Shown in pieces: positions 39,281 to 48,215 of a DNA stretch of 64,000 bases. The DNA comes from Myxococcota bacterium. GTDB lineage: Bacteria > Myxococcota_A > SURF-8. The DNA lies in contig CAXXQS010000003.1 in the NCBI GenBank assembly GCA_963674735.2, positions 96,001 to 160,000 of the forward strand, given 5' to 3'. The notes beneath the pieces are model-generated. The model was not told the origin of the DNA. It saw nothing but the letters and a program-made list of their open reading frames with translations, and did not search any database. Every line of letters starts with the position of its first letter. The first letter of the stretch is position 1. A program made the translations under genes and the position numbers.

Positions 39281-39957
39281 GCCGCCACCTCCTTTCGACC
39301 CAGTTCGAGTACCGCTTGGGTGGCAAACTCCTTCAAAGCCGGATCGTGGCTTGCCAGAACCAAGGTGGTGCCTTGCCCATTGAGATCCTTCAGGGCCTCC
39401 ACCACCGCTTGAGCCGAGTCCGGATCGAGGCTCGCGGTGGGCTCGTCGGCCAGCAGAATATCGGGTTGCATGAGGATGGCGCGGGCGGCCGCCACACGTT
39501 GCCGTTGACCCACCGACAGGTGATAGGGACGTTTGTGGGCGTGATCGCCGAGGCCGAAGCGCTCCAGAATGCCGCGTGCCTGATCGTCGAGACCGCGCCG
39601 ATTATTGCCCGCCAAGCGCAGCGGTATCACCAGATTTTCAAGCACGCTAAGCGGCGTGAGCAGGTTGAAAGTCTGGAAGATATAGCCGACATGCGCCGCC
39701 CGGAAACGGTCGCGTCGGGCTTCCGAAAGTTGGCTCAGCTGGGTGTCGCCCAGGCGCACCTGTCCTTCGTCGGGGGGTAGAAGCCCGGACAGCAAATTGA
39801 GGAAGGTGGATTTTCCCGCGCCGGATGGGCCATTGAGCCGCACGGCGGCTCCCGCTTCGACGTGCCAGTCAACGCCGTCGATGACACGTTGAACCCGTCC
39901 CTGGTCGTCGTGGAACAGCTTGGTCAGTCCACGAACTTCAATCATCATTCCCGGCAT
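39277..39957 (-). CDS. ABC transporter ATP-binding protein (LolD/MacB-like)
   Basis: GPSGAGKS, LSVGQRQRV, LADEPT. Confidence 0.93.
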   Translation of the reverse strand: MPGMMIEVRGLTKLFHDDQGRVQRVIDGVDWHVEAGAAVRLNGPSGAGKSTFLNLLSGLLPPDEGQVRLGDTQLSQLSEARRDRFRAAHVGYIFQTFNLLTPLSVLENLVIPLRLAGNNRRGLDDQARGILERFGLGDHAHKRPYHLSVGQRQRVAAARAILMQPDILLADEPTASLDPDSAQAVVEALKDLNGQGTTLVLASHDPALKEFATQAVLELGRKEVAA

Positions 39958-40315
39958 GGGGCTTCCTCCTGGTTTGGCGGCGTTTGGCGGCCTGCCGTTT
40001 CAGTGCGGCGATTTCGATGGAACATTCGATCCACTCATCGGTCAGGGTTCGAAAACGCGCATAGGTGGCCAGTTGTTCGCGTAGGGTGTCGACGTCGTCG
40101 CGGCGAACGAATTCGGTGTGGCTGCGCCCTTTGCGTGTGTAGGTCAGTTGGTAGTAGGGACCGTGTCGCTGGGGATCTTCGGCGTTTTTGCAGCGGCAGG
40201 CGGGGTTCCCGCAGGTGTTGTATTGCTGCGACAGGCTGCCCGGACGCAGATCGCCCAGTTCGGCCAGTTCCTGTTTGATGGCGGCAATTCGTTGTTGTAG
40301 CTTCACAATACTCAT
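39938..40315 (-). CDS. DUF6788-like protein (usually transposase-associated)
   Basis: LRPGSLSQQYNTCGNPACRC...HGPYYQLT..RKG. Confidence 0.75.
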   Translation of the reverse strand: MSIVKLQQRIAAIKQELAELGDLRPGSLSQQYNTCGNPACRCKNAEDPQRHGPYYQLTYTRKGRSHTEFVRRDDVDTLREQLATYARFRTLTDEWIECSIEIAALKRQAAKRRQTRRKPHAGNDD

Positions 40316-40320
40316 AATTC

Positions 40321-40494
40321 TTATAGCACTCCGCACCTACAAGATATTCCGGTCATAGGCAATTTTAGGTTGTTTGTCAATCCGAACTTGCAAAAAGAAT
40401 CGGGGGAAAGCGTCTCGTCGGTGATGCGGGGGTCGGTTGTCGGGGCGAAATCGCGGTTGGGTTGTCTGGGTTCGGATGGGTGGGTCTGTGTCAT
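40321..40494 (-). CDS. Possible small protein or truncated gene (57 aa)
   Basis: AGGAGG RBS before ATG 40494 (MTQTHPSEPR...); no recognisable domain. Confidence 0.3.
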   Translation of the reverse strand: MTQTHPSEPRQPNRDFAPTTDPRITDETLSPDSFCKFGLTNNLKLPMTGISCRCGVL

Positions 40495-40588
40495 GTCGCC
40501 TCCTAAGAGCGACGGTAGACGAATCTTAGGCAAAGGTAAAGGTGGCTTTTCGTTCGATGCGGCGGATGCGTTCGATGGGCGAAATAAA

Positions 40589-40843
40589 TCAGTCGGGATT
40601 GCGGATGAGTGCGGTTTTTTGGCTGCGGTTCAGCTGTTTGATGGCGTATTCGCGGGAGCGCGCCTCGCTTTCGGATTCGCAGGCGGCGGAATAGACGAGC
40701 GTTACCGGACGGCGCGAGCGGGTGTATTTGGCGCCCTTGCCGCTGTTGTGCGCGAGCAGACGCCGGTCGAGGTCGTTGGTCCAGCCGGTGTAATACGTGC
40801 CATCGGCGCATTCGAGGATGTAAACGAAGGCGCGGGCGGTCAT
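40589..40843 (-). CDS. GIY-YIG nuclease family protein (UPF0213, YhbQ/YazA-like)
   Basis: FVYILECADGTYYTGWTNDLDRRL..HNSGKGAKYTRSRRPV...ARSREYAIK. Confidence 0.9.
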   Translation of the reverse strand: MTARAFVYILECADGTYYTGWTNDLDRRLLAHNSGKGAKYTRSRRPVTLVYSAACESESEARSREYAIKQLNRSQKTALIRNPD

Positions 40844-40860
40844 GGATGAGTCGTGCGAGC

Positions 40861-41928
40861 TCAGAAGAGCAGAAACGCCATGGCCGAGCAGGCGATGGGA
40901 ATGGTGAAGTTGTCGTCCACCCAGACGGTGAACAATTCGGCCAGTGTGCCGGTGACGGCCAGCGCCAAGGCGCAGATGAGGGCGTAGCCGATTGACAAGG
41001 CCGGGAGGGCCAGCGAAATGAAGATCAGGGAGGCCGCGAAGGCCGTGATGAAAAAGGCGCTGGTGCCGATGACGCTCTTGTCGCGGAAAATCTTGCGGTT
41101 GCCCCAAAGCTTCCCGACGATGGTGGCGGCCGGATCGGCGATGGCGAGCACAACCGCGCCCGCCTGGACCACCGGGCGGTCGAACAGGAAGCAGGTGATC
41201 AGAAGTGCGAAGGTGTAATAGCTCGATCCGTTGATGTGGTGGCGCTCGAAAGGCCGTGCGATTTTACCGAAGACGCGGTCGACCAGGAAGTTGTTCCAGC
41301 GTTCCGAATAACGACGGCTGATTTCGAGGGAAACCACGATGAACGACATAATGCCGAGGATCCACAGCACGTGCGTGCGCGTGAAAACGAATTGGTAAAG
41401 CAGGACACTGCCGATGCCCATCGCCACGTGGAACAGATTGCGGGGATAATTGATGGGTTTGAGGTGGGCGTGGCGCGCGAGGCGCTGCAAGCCGCTGACC
41501 TTCATATCGGACAAGGTGACCAGCAGGCTTTCGTAGCCGCTGGCCATCGACTGATAGAGCTCCTGCATGCGCTTGGCGTTGGGATGCTCGGCCAGCTCGT
41601 TGGCGTAGTTGCGCAGGGACGTTCCCAGTTCGTCCATGCCGTGCTGGAAGGATTCATGCAGTTCGCGCGAATAATTCCTTAAAAAATCGGTAGCTTCTTC
41701 GAAAGATTCGCCCCATTCTTCCCGCTTTTCCTGCCACTCGACCTTGAATTCCTCTTGAATGGCCGACAGGCGCGCACTGAGTTCTTCGCATAAAGTCTGA
41801 ATGCGTTCACGCCAGCTATGGTCGCTCATACGTGGCTTTTGCAGGGCGGAGACCAACTGTCTCAGCTCGGCCATCAGTTCGTTCACTTGAAGGTTGAAGA
41901 GGTCTTCACGGCTGAGTACGGCTTCCAT
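40861..41928 (-). CDS. Phytol/dolichol/diacylglycerol kinase-like (CTP-dependent) membrane protein with N-terminal helical domain
   Basis: RNLFH, LEISR, RPFE, LAIADPAATIVGKLWG, KSVIGT, DDNFTIP. Confidence 0.85.
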   Translation of the reverse strand: MEAVLSREDLFNLQVNELMAELRQLVSALQKPRMSDHSWRERIQTLCEELSARLSAIQEEFKVEWQEKREEWGESFEEATDFLRNYSRELHESFQHGMDELGTSLRNYANELAEHPNAKRMQELYQSMASGYESLLVTLSDMKVSGLQRLARHAHLKPINYPRNLFHVAMGIGSVLLYQFVFTRTHVLWILGIMSFIVVSLEISRRYSERWNNFLVDRVFGKIARPFERHHINGSSYYTFALLITCFLFDRPVVQAGAVVLAIADPAATIVGKLWGNRKIFRDKSVIGTSAFFITAFAASLIFISLALPALSIGYALICALALAVTGTLAELFTVWVDDNFTIPIACSAMAFLLF

Positions 41929-42353
41929 TGAACGGCACCTTCTTACTTGATCGGGCATCGGCCCTGGGGTAGACGAAAACGCGAGACTGACATTCTTGGC
42001 GATTCCGTTCATTCTGTCAAGGAAGAAAGTGAGACAGAATGTCATTAATTCGTCGGCAACCGCACGGCGGACCCCTCGCTCTTCGGCGATCTTTCACCCA
42101 CATTCAAGCCGTAACACCCTGTTGCCGTAACAATTGACTCAATATTGGGTTGACAGTCCGAGATGCGTCTGCATACTGGAAGAAGAGGTTTCAGATTTCC
42201 ATTGTAGCCTTTTGTAAAGAGACCCTTATAAGGGGATAACCAGACCATGCCGCTTTACCAGATGAATGGCTTGATCAATTACGAAGTACAAGGTTATCCC
42301 GGCTGGTGCGATACCGGCTGGTGCCCGATACCTTTCTAGCAGAGGAGGGAGTC

Positions 42354-43475
42354 ATGCCTCAAAATTCGCATACGATACTGTCGTTTGGAGTGCTTGTCCT
42401 CGTTTTGCTGTCATTGTTGGGTTGCGATTCGGAATCCGGTGGTGTGGAGAATCCCGACGGGGATCAGGACGCATCTGGAGATCAGGACGTATCCAGTGAA
42501 TATGACGGCAATGCAAGGGATAACGATTGTGAGATATTTGCGCCTCAGCTTGATGAATCAATGTTGAGTCCTTGTTTTTATTGTTATTGGGGTGTCGCGG
42601 ATATGCATGCCTGGGTTTCCAGAGGCGATGTGGATGCCAAATGCCAGACGTCCGTCGATTGTGCCCGACATCTCCCGTTTTTACAAAATTGCCTGGATCG
42701 GGAATGCCTGACCGACGATGTCGTTGCCTGCATGCAGGCGCGAAGCCCGTGGTTCGGTGATTGCGTTCCGACCATCTATGCAGACGGGACTTTGGGTTGG
42801 CTGGGCGATTGTCCGATGAATGGAGGCCGCATGCTGTGCGTGAACAATGACGATGCGCCCGACGACTGTTCGATGGATATATATTGTGGAGGCTGCTATT
42901 TCAGCAGTGCGACAATGGAAATGCAAAGTCAGCAAACGGAATATGGAAGGCCTTCTCTGCTGCATCAACAAGCTCTAGACGCGAACTATTTCCGGTCGAT
43001 TCAATACTTTCCCGCCGGGAATATAAGCAAGCTGTGGCCCTATGTCAGCCCTTATGCCTTTCCGGTGGGCGTAAACGAACCGATCTGCGCGGATCTGGAC
43101 TGTCGCATCTGCACGCCGGTGGATCCCTGTCCCGACGGCCAGACCTGCGCGGCGCGCCATCGCGGCGCGGCCACAGCCATGGCCTACGACGAAGAAAACT
43201 ACCTCATCGGCTACTGCGTGAAAGACGCCAACGTCGGTTGCCTCAACCTCGAAGACTGCCCGGGCGATCCTTTCTGCAAAGGCCAGTATTGCGGCATCTC
43301 CTGGCGCGAGGTCGACGGGGCGCGCGAGGCCTACTCCACCTGCAAAACGCACGGCTACGACCCCGACTACTACACCTGCCAGCTCCTCGACCTCTACCCC
43401 GACTTGGTCAACGAGCACGTGGTCGTCTGCGACGGCTCCCCCGCCGCCAACGCCAAACCGGAATGCACGGAGTGA
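42354..43475 (+). CDS. Cys-rich lipoprotein, hypothetical
   Basis: Lipobox LLGC, DGDQD linker, many Cys; GAGGAGG RBS. Confidence 0.75.
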   Translation: MPQNSHTILSFGVLVLVLLSLLGCDSESGGVENPDGDQDASGDQDVSSEYDGNARDNDCEIFAPQLDESMLSPCFYCYWGVADMHAWVSRGDVDAKCQTSVDCARHLPFLQNCLDRECLTDDVVACMQARSPWFGDCVPTIYADGTLGWLGDCPMNGGRMLCVNNDDAPDDCSMDIYCGGCYFSSATMEMQSQQTEYGRPSLLHQQALDANYFRSIQYFPAGNISKLWPYVSPYAFPVGVNEPICADLDCRICTPVDPCPDGQTCAARHRGAATAMAYDEENYLIGYCVKDANVGCLNLEDCPGDPFCKGQYCGISWREVDGAREAYSTCKTHGYDPDYYTCQLLDLYPDLVNEHVVVCDGSPAANAKPECTE

Positions 43476-43514
43476 TTCCTTTTCCGGTTTCGATTTCGCA
43501 GGGCACTTGGCCTT

Positions 43515-43582
43515 GTCATCCCCGCGAAGGCGGGGATCCATGTTATTGAAATTGTGCTGGATTCCCGCTTTCGCGGGAATGA
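43515..43582. repeat. REP/RPE-like palindromic element (two inverted units)
   Basis: GTCATCCCCGCGAAGGCGGGGATCCA ... TGGATTCCCGCTTTCGCGGGAATGA; each unit is an internal hairpin and the two units are mutually inverted. Confidence 0.85.
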
Positions 43583-43640
43583 AAAAGTCGGAACGGAAAG
43601 CGGCAACCGGCCATCGGCTCCGTGGCGAAAGTGCTGTGTA

Positions 43641-43678
43641 AAACATTGATTGACAAGTCAGTCAATGTTTCGTAGAGT
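43641..43678 (+). promoter_or_regulatory. Sigma70 promoter with an overlapping 30-bp palindromic operator (likely TetR site)
   Basis: AAACATTGATTGAC-AA-GTCAGTCAATGTTT (one mismatch) covering TTGACA, 17 bp, TAGAGT. Confidence 0.8.
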
Positions 43679-43714
43679 CGGGAGCATCGAACCCGCAACG
43701 AAAAGGAGCCGCCC

Positions 43715-44335
43715 GTGACCCGACGCGCCGAACAGCGCCAGATCAAAGAGACGCAGCTGATCGATGCCGCCCAGCGGGTGGTCCGCGAGAAAGGCTTCGC
43801 GGCGGCCCGCATGGCCGATGTCGCGCGCGAGGCGGGGATTTCCTACGGTTTGGTTTATCATTATTTCGGGAGTAAAGAGGCGGTGTTCGCCGCCATCTCC
43901 GATCGCTGGTGGACGCCGCTGTTCGACTTTCTGGAGGATCTCGAACGCGGAGCGCAGCCCCTCGAACGCCAACTGAAAGACCTGACCGACTACTTCCTGC
44001 ACATGTATCGCCGCAATCCGGATCTCGTTCACGTGGTCATTACCGAGTTGTCCCGCAGCCATTCCCATCTCACTTCCAGCCAGCTGGCGAATTTTCAAAA
44101 CCTCATTAGCGCCGTGGAGCGCTTGATCGCGAAGGCCCAGCGGGTCGACCAGTTGCGCCGTGACGTCAAGGCGCGCTATCTGGCCACCGCCTTTCTGGGT
44201 GCCGTGGAAACCTTTTTAACGAGTATGGTGCTGGTGAACCAGCCCATCGCCAACGATCACAGGGCCAGGCGGATGGCGGACGGTATTCTGGATATCTTCT
44301 TCAACGGTGCCAAACCGGGCGTCGCGGGGGATTGA
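43715..44335 (+). CDS. TetR/AcrR-family regulator
   Basis: GFAAARMADVAREAGISYGLVYHYFGSKE. Confidence 0.93.
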   Translation: MTRRAEQRQIKETQLIDAAQRVVREKGFAAARMADVAREAGISYGLVYHYFGSKEAVFAAISDRWWTPLFDFLEDLERGAQPLERQLKDLTDYFLHMYRRNPDLVHVVITELSRSHSHLTSSQLANFQNLISAVERLIAKAQRVDQLRRDVKARYLATAFLGAVETFLTSMVLVNQPIANDHRARRMADGILDIFFNGAKPGVAGD

Positions 44336-44374
44336 CGAAGCCGTCCCGCGCCGCCGCAGGAACGGGAGCAAAGC

Positions 44375-45532
44375 ATGGACTTCAAGCTGACCGACGAGCA
44401 GCGGCTCTTCAAGGAGCAGGTGCTCAAGTTTGCACGCAAGGAGATCGTTCCGCGCGTGCAGGAGCACGAACTGGCGGCGAAATTCGATTTCGAGTCGTGG
44501 CGCAAGCTGGGTGAATTTGGTGTTCTGGGACTGCATTTCCCCGAAAAATTCGGCGGGTCGGGAGCCGATGTGATCACCTGCGTTCTGGCCGGTGAAGCCT
44601 TGGGCGAAGCGGGCGTGGATGGGGGCTTGACCCTCAGCTACGGAGCCCACTCGTTTCTGTGCGCCGACACTATCTACGCCCACGGCAACGATGCCCAGCG
44701 TGAAAAATACCTGCCCAAGCTCATCACCGGTGAATGGATCGGCTGCATGGGTCTTACCGAACCGGGGGCGGGTTCGGACGTGGCTGCTCTGCGCACACGT
44801 GCCGAAAAAGTGGACGGCGGCTACCGACTGACCGGCAGCAAGATGTTCATCACCAACGGATCGATCGCCGATGTGGCGGTGATCTACGCCAAAACCGATC
44901 CCAAGGCCGGTCATGCGGGCATCTCGGCGTTCATCGTCGAGAAAGGCACCCCCGGTTTCACGGTGTCGAAGAATCTGCACAAAATGGGCGTGCGCACCTC
45001 GCCCACATCCGAACTGGCTTTCGACAACTGCTTCGTGCCCGCCGAGAATCTGATCGGCTTCGAGGGCGCGGGCTTTCTGATGTCGATGCAGACGGTCGAA
45101 TGGGACCGCAGCGCGCTGCTTGCGCCCATGCTCGGGTCGTTGCAATACGTGATGGAAAAATGCCTGCGCTATGCCCAGGAGCGCGAGCAGTTCGGCAGGC
45201 CCATCGCCGCCTTCCCGGCCATCAAACACAAAATCGCCAACCTGAAAATCGTGCTCGAAGCGGCGCGTCCACTGATCTACCGCATCGCCTGGTGCAAGGA
45301 TCAGGGCAAGCCGTTGAGCCACCTGGAAGCCGCCATCGCCAAGCTGTTCATCGCCGACTGGTCGCTTGCGCCGCTCAACGACGCGGTGATTCTGCATGGC
45401 GGTTATGGGTACTGTCATGAGTATGACGTCGAACGGGTGCTGCGCGACAGTCGTCTGGCCCCCATCGGCGGCGGGACTTCCGACATCCAGAAAATGATCA
45501 TTTCCAAGCTGATGGCGGGAGGTGGAGCATGA
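44375..45532 (+). CDS. Acyl-CoA dehydrogenase (isovaleryl-CoA dehydrogenase-like)
   Basis: LTEPGAGSD, GSKMFITNG, REQFGRPI, HGGYGY, IGGGTSDIQ. Confidence 0.92.
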   Translation: MDFKLTDEQRLFKEQVLKFARKEIVPRVQEHELAAKFDFESWRKLGEFGVLGLHFPEKFGGSGADVITCVLAGEALGEAGVDGGLTLSYGAHSFLCADTIYAHGNDAQREKYLPKLITGEWIGCMGLTEPGAGSDVAALRTRAEKVDGGYRLTGSKMFITNGSIADVAVIYAKTDPKAGHAGISAFIVEKGTPGFTVSKNLHKMGVRTSPTSELAFDNCFVPAENLIGFEGAGFLMSMQTVEWDRSALLAPMLGSLQYVMEKCLRYAQEREQFGRPIAAFPAIKHKIANLKIVLEAARPLIYRIAWCKDQGKPLSHLEAAIAKLFIADWSLAPLNDAVILHGGYGYCHEYDVERVLRDSRLAPIGGGTSDIQKMIISKLMAGGGA

Positions 45533-46590
45533 ATTACGAACGGAACGAACACGAGCAAGCCTGGCTCGATGCCGTCAAACCCCTGAAAGGGCAACTTGAA
45601 ACTCTGAAAGCCGATAGCTCTTCGGAAGAATGGGGCCAGGCCGCTTTGTCTTGCATTCGGGCTTTGCAGGCGCGAGACCCCAAAACCCCCGATTGGCGAC
45701 CCGATCTGGGCGTTGTGGTCGCGCTGATGGATCTCTCGACGGTCTCCGCATCCGTCGGTATGGCGTGGCTGGTGCAACGTCTGGCGGTCCAACTGGCGCA
45801 AACGCTGGAGACGTCCGAGTGGGCGGAGGCGGCCGAATCATTCAAAGCGGGAGAAAATCTGGTGGCGTTGGCCATCGGCCCGACCGATGCGACCTTGACG
45901 ATTCAAGCCGACGGTTCCGCGCGTTTGACCGGTGTGTGGGAATGCGTCCCCAATGCAGCCGCGGCCGAGCGTTTGCTGGCGATCGTTCAAGGCGACGAGG
46001 GCCCGGAGTTGGTCTCGATCGATGCCAAAGCGGTGGGCGTCGCCCTTTCTCAAACCGCGTCGAGCTTGATGGGCAGCGCGGATATACGAGCCGAGGATGT
46101 CGCGATTGCGGCGGACTGCCGGGCTGCGTTCAAGGCGTCGTCGGATCTGCGCCGAGCCTGGAATCTGGGTTTGGCGGCGGTGGCCACCGGCCTGATGCGT
46201 CATGCGATGGCGGTGTTGCAAGGTTTCAGCGCCGTGGCCAAGGAAGGCGCAAAGCCGCTGGCGGCCGATCAGAATGTCCGCTACACCCTGGCGGAATTGC
46301 TGACGCGCGTCCAGACGGCCGAGTTGTTCGTCGCGCGCGCCGCCTGGCTGGGCCGCGAGGGCGATTTCGAGGCCGAGACGGTCGGGATGGCCGTGAAGGC
46401 GTTTGTGTCGGATGAGGTTCAGACGGTAACGACCATCGTGCATCAAATCGCCGGACGCGCAGCAGGGGGCCGTGGCGGATTTTTCACGCAGGCGCTGAGC
46501 GAAGCGGCCACCCTGGCTGTCAGCGGAACCACCGCCGATAAGGCGCGTAGCGCGATTGCGGATGATCTTCTAGCTCGTTACGAGGTATGA
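45529..46590 (+). CDS. Divergent acyl-CoA dehydrogenase-like protein (possible partner subunit)
   Basis: LTGVWECVPNA, PLAADQNVRYTLAE, VHQIAG; lacks the canonical FAD-binding motifs; ATGA overlap. Confidence 0.7.
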   Translation: MNYERNEHEQAWLDAVKPLKGQLETLKADSSSEEWGQAALSCIRALQARDPKTPDWRPDLGVVVALMDLSTVSASVGMAWLVQRLAVQLAQTLETSEWAEAAESFKAGENLVALAIGPTDATLTIQADGSARLTGVWECVPNAAAAERLLAIVQGDEGPELVSIDAKAVGVALSQTASSLMGSADIRAEDVAIAADCRAAFKASSDLRRAWNLGLAAVATGLMRHAMAVLQGFSAVAKEGAKPLAADQNVRYTLAELLTRVQTAELFVARAAWLGREGDFEAETVGMAVKAFVSDEVQTVTTIVHQIAGRAAGGRGGFFTQALSEAATLAVSGTTADKARSAIADDLLARYEV

Positions 46591-46591
46591 G

Positions 46592-48208
46592 ATGAATGTG
46601 ATCGAAAGCCGGATCGATACCGGCAGCGACGAATTCAAGCAGAATGCCGAGGCCATGCAAACCCTGGTGGCCGATCTCAAGGAACAGTTGCGTATCGCCC
46701 GCGATGAGCGCTCGGAGAAGGCGCGCAACCGCAATGCCGAGCTGGGCAAGCTGACCGTGCAGGAACGGCTCGACCGTCTGCTGGACCGCAACACCCCCTG
46801 GCTCGAACTGGCTCCGCTGGCCGCCAAAGGCATGTACGACGGCAAGGTCCATAGCGCGGGCAGCCGCGCCGGGATCGGGCGTGTGGCGGGGCGCGAGGTG
46901 ATGATCCTGGCCAACGATCCCATGATCAAAGGCGGCACCGTCTACCCCATGGGCGTCAAAAAGACGCTACGCATGCAGACCATCGCTATGGAAAACAACC
47001 TGCCGATGATCAACCTGATCGATTCGGGCGGGGCCTTCTTGCCTTTGCAGTCGGAGATTTTTCCCGACATCGACGATGGTGGGCGCATCTTTTACAATCA
47101 GGCCATTTTGTCCAAAATGAACATTCCGCAGGTCACTGCCGTGATGGGATTGTGCACCGCCGGGGGTGCGTACATCCCCGCCATGTCCGATCACGTGGTG
47201 CACGTGAAAAAGACCGGCGCCATTTTTTTGGGCGGTCCGCCGCTGGTGTTGGCGGCCACCGGGGAGCAGGTGAGTGCCGAGGACTTAGGCGGGGCGTACG
47301 TGCACTGCGCCGAGTCGGGCGTGTCGGATTATATGGCCGAGGACGACGCGCACGCTATCGAGATGGTACGCGATATCATGGCCATGCAGCCGCGCAAGCC
47401 CCGGGCGGTGATCCCCACTCGGGCGGCGAAAGATCCGCTCTACGAAGCCTCCGAAATCTACGGGGTGGTTCCCGAGAAACTGTCCACCGCCTACGACGTG
47501 CGCGAGTTGATTGCACGGATGGTGGACGGCTCGGAGTTCCACGAATTCAAAGCGCTTTTCGGGCCCACGCTGGTGTGCGGCTGGGCGTATTGGCATGGCT
47601 ATCTGGTGGGGATTCTGGGGAACAACGGCGTGTTGTTCTCGGAAAGTTCGCAAAAAGCCACCCAGTTCATCCAACTGTGCGACCGTCAGGGCATTCCGCT
47701 TGTGTTTCTGCAGAACATCAACGGCTACATCATCGGGCGCGATTACGAACGGGGCGGCATCACGAAGGACGGCCACAAGATGGTTAACGCCGTGGCAACC
47801 GCCACCGTACCCAAGTTTACGGTGGTGGTCGGTGCGAGTTTCGGTGCGGGCAACTACGGGATGTGCGGACGCGCCTACGGACCGCGTTTCATGTGGATGT
47901 GGCCCAACGCCAAAATCGGCGTCATGGGCGGCGAACAGGCGGCCGGGGTGCTGGTGACGGTCAAAAACGACCAGTTGCAGCGCGAAGGACAGCCGCCTCT
48001 GCCGGAGGAATTCGTGCAGGCCATCCAGAAACCGATCATCGAAACCGCCGACAAGGAAGGCAACGCGTATTACAGCACCGCCAACCTGTGGGACGACGGC
48101 ATTCTGGACCCGGCCAAAACCCGCGACGCCCTGGGCCTGGCCATTTCGGCCACCCTGAACAAGCCGCTTTCGGAGCGCATTCAGGGACACGGTACTTTCC
48201 GCATGTAG
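46592..48208 (+). CDS. Acyl-CoA carboxylase carboxyltransferase (methylcrotonyl/geranyl-CoA carboxylase beta type)
   Basis: ANDPMIKGGT, DSGGAFLPLQ, CTAGGAY, GAGNYGMCGRAY, VMGGEQAA, LWDDG. Confidence 0.93.
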   Translation: MNVIESRIDTGSDEFKQNAEAMQTLVADLKEQLRIARDERSEKARNRNAELGKLTVQERLDRLLDRNTPWLELAPLAAKGMYDGKVHSAGSRAGIGRVAGREVMILANDPMIKGGTVYPMGVKKTLRMQTIAMENNLPMINLIDSGGAFLPLQSEIFPDIDDGGRIFYNQAILSKMNIPQVTAVMGLCTAGGAYIPAMSDHVVHVKKTGAIFLGGPPLVLAATGEQVSAEDLGGAYVHCAESGVSDYMAEDDAHAIEMVRDIMAMQPRKPRAVIPTRAAKDPLYEASEIYGVVPEKLSTAYDVRELIARMVDGSEFHEFKALFGPTLVCGWAYWHGYLVGILGNNGVLFSESSQKATQFIQLCDRQGIPLVFLQNINGYIIGRDYERGGITKDGHKMVNAVATATVPKFTVVVGASFGAGNYGMCGRAYGPRFMWMWPNAKIGVMGGEQAAGVLVTVKNDQLQREGQPPLPEEFVQAIQKPIIETADKEGNAYYSTANLWDDGILDPAKTRDALGLAISATLNKPLSERIQGHGTFRM

Positions 48209-48215
48209 GTGAGCC

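Noticed and set aside
40370-40381. TTGACAAACAAC shared with 20753-20764 on the minus strand
   Set aside because: A 12-bp match that includes the common -35 hexamer; not enough to claim a shared regulator.
43070-43582. Diversity-generating retroelement variable region (C-ending codons plus downstream hairpin)
   Set aside because: No reverse transcriptase, no template repeat and no C-type lectin/FGE fold in the window.
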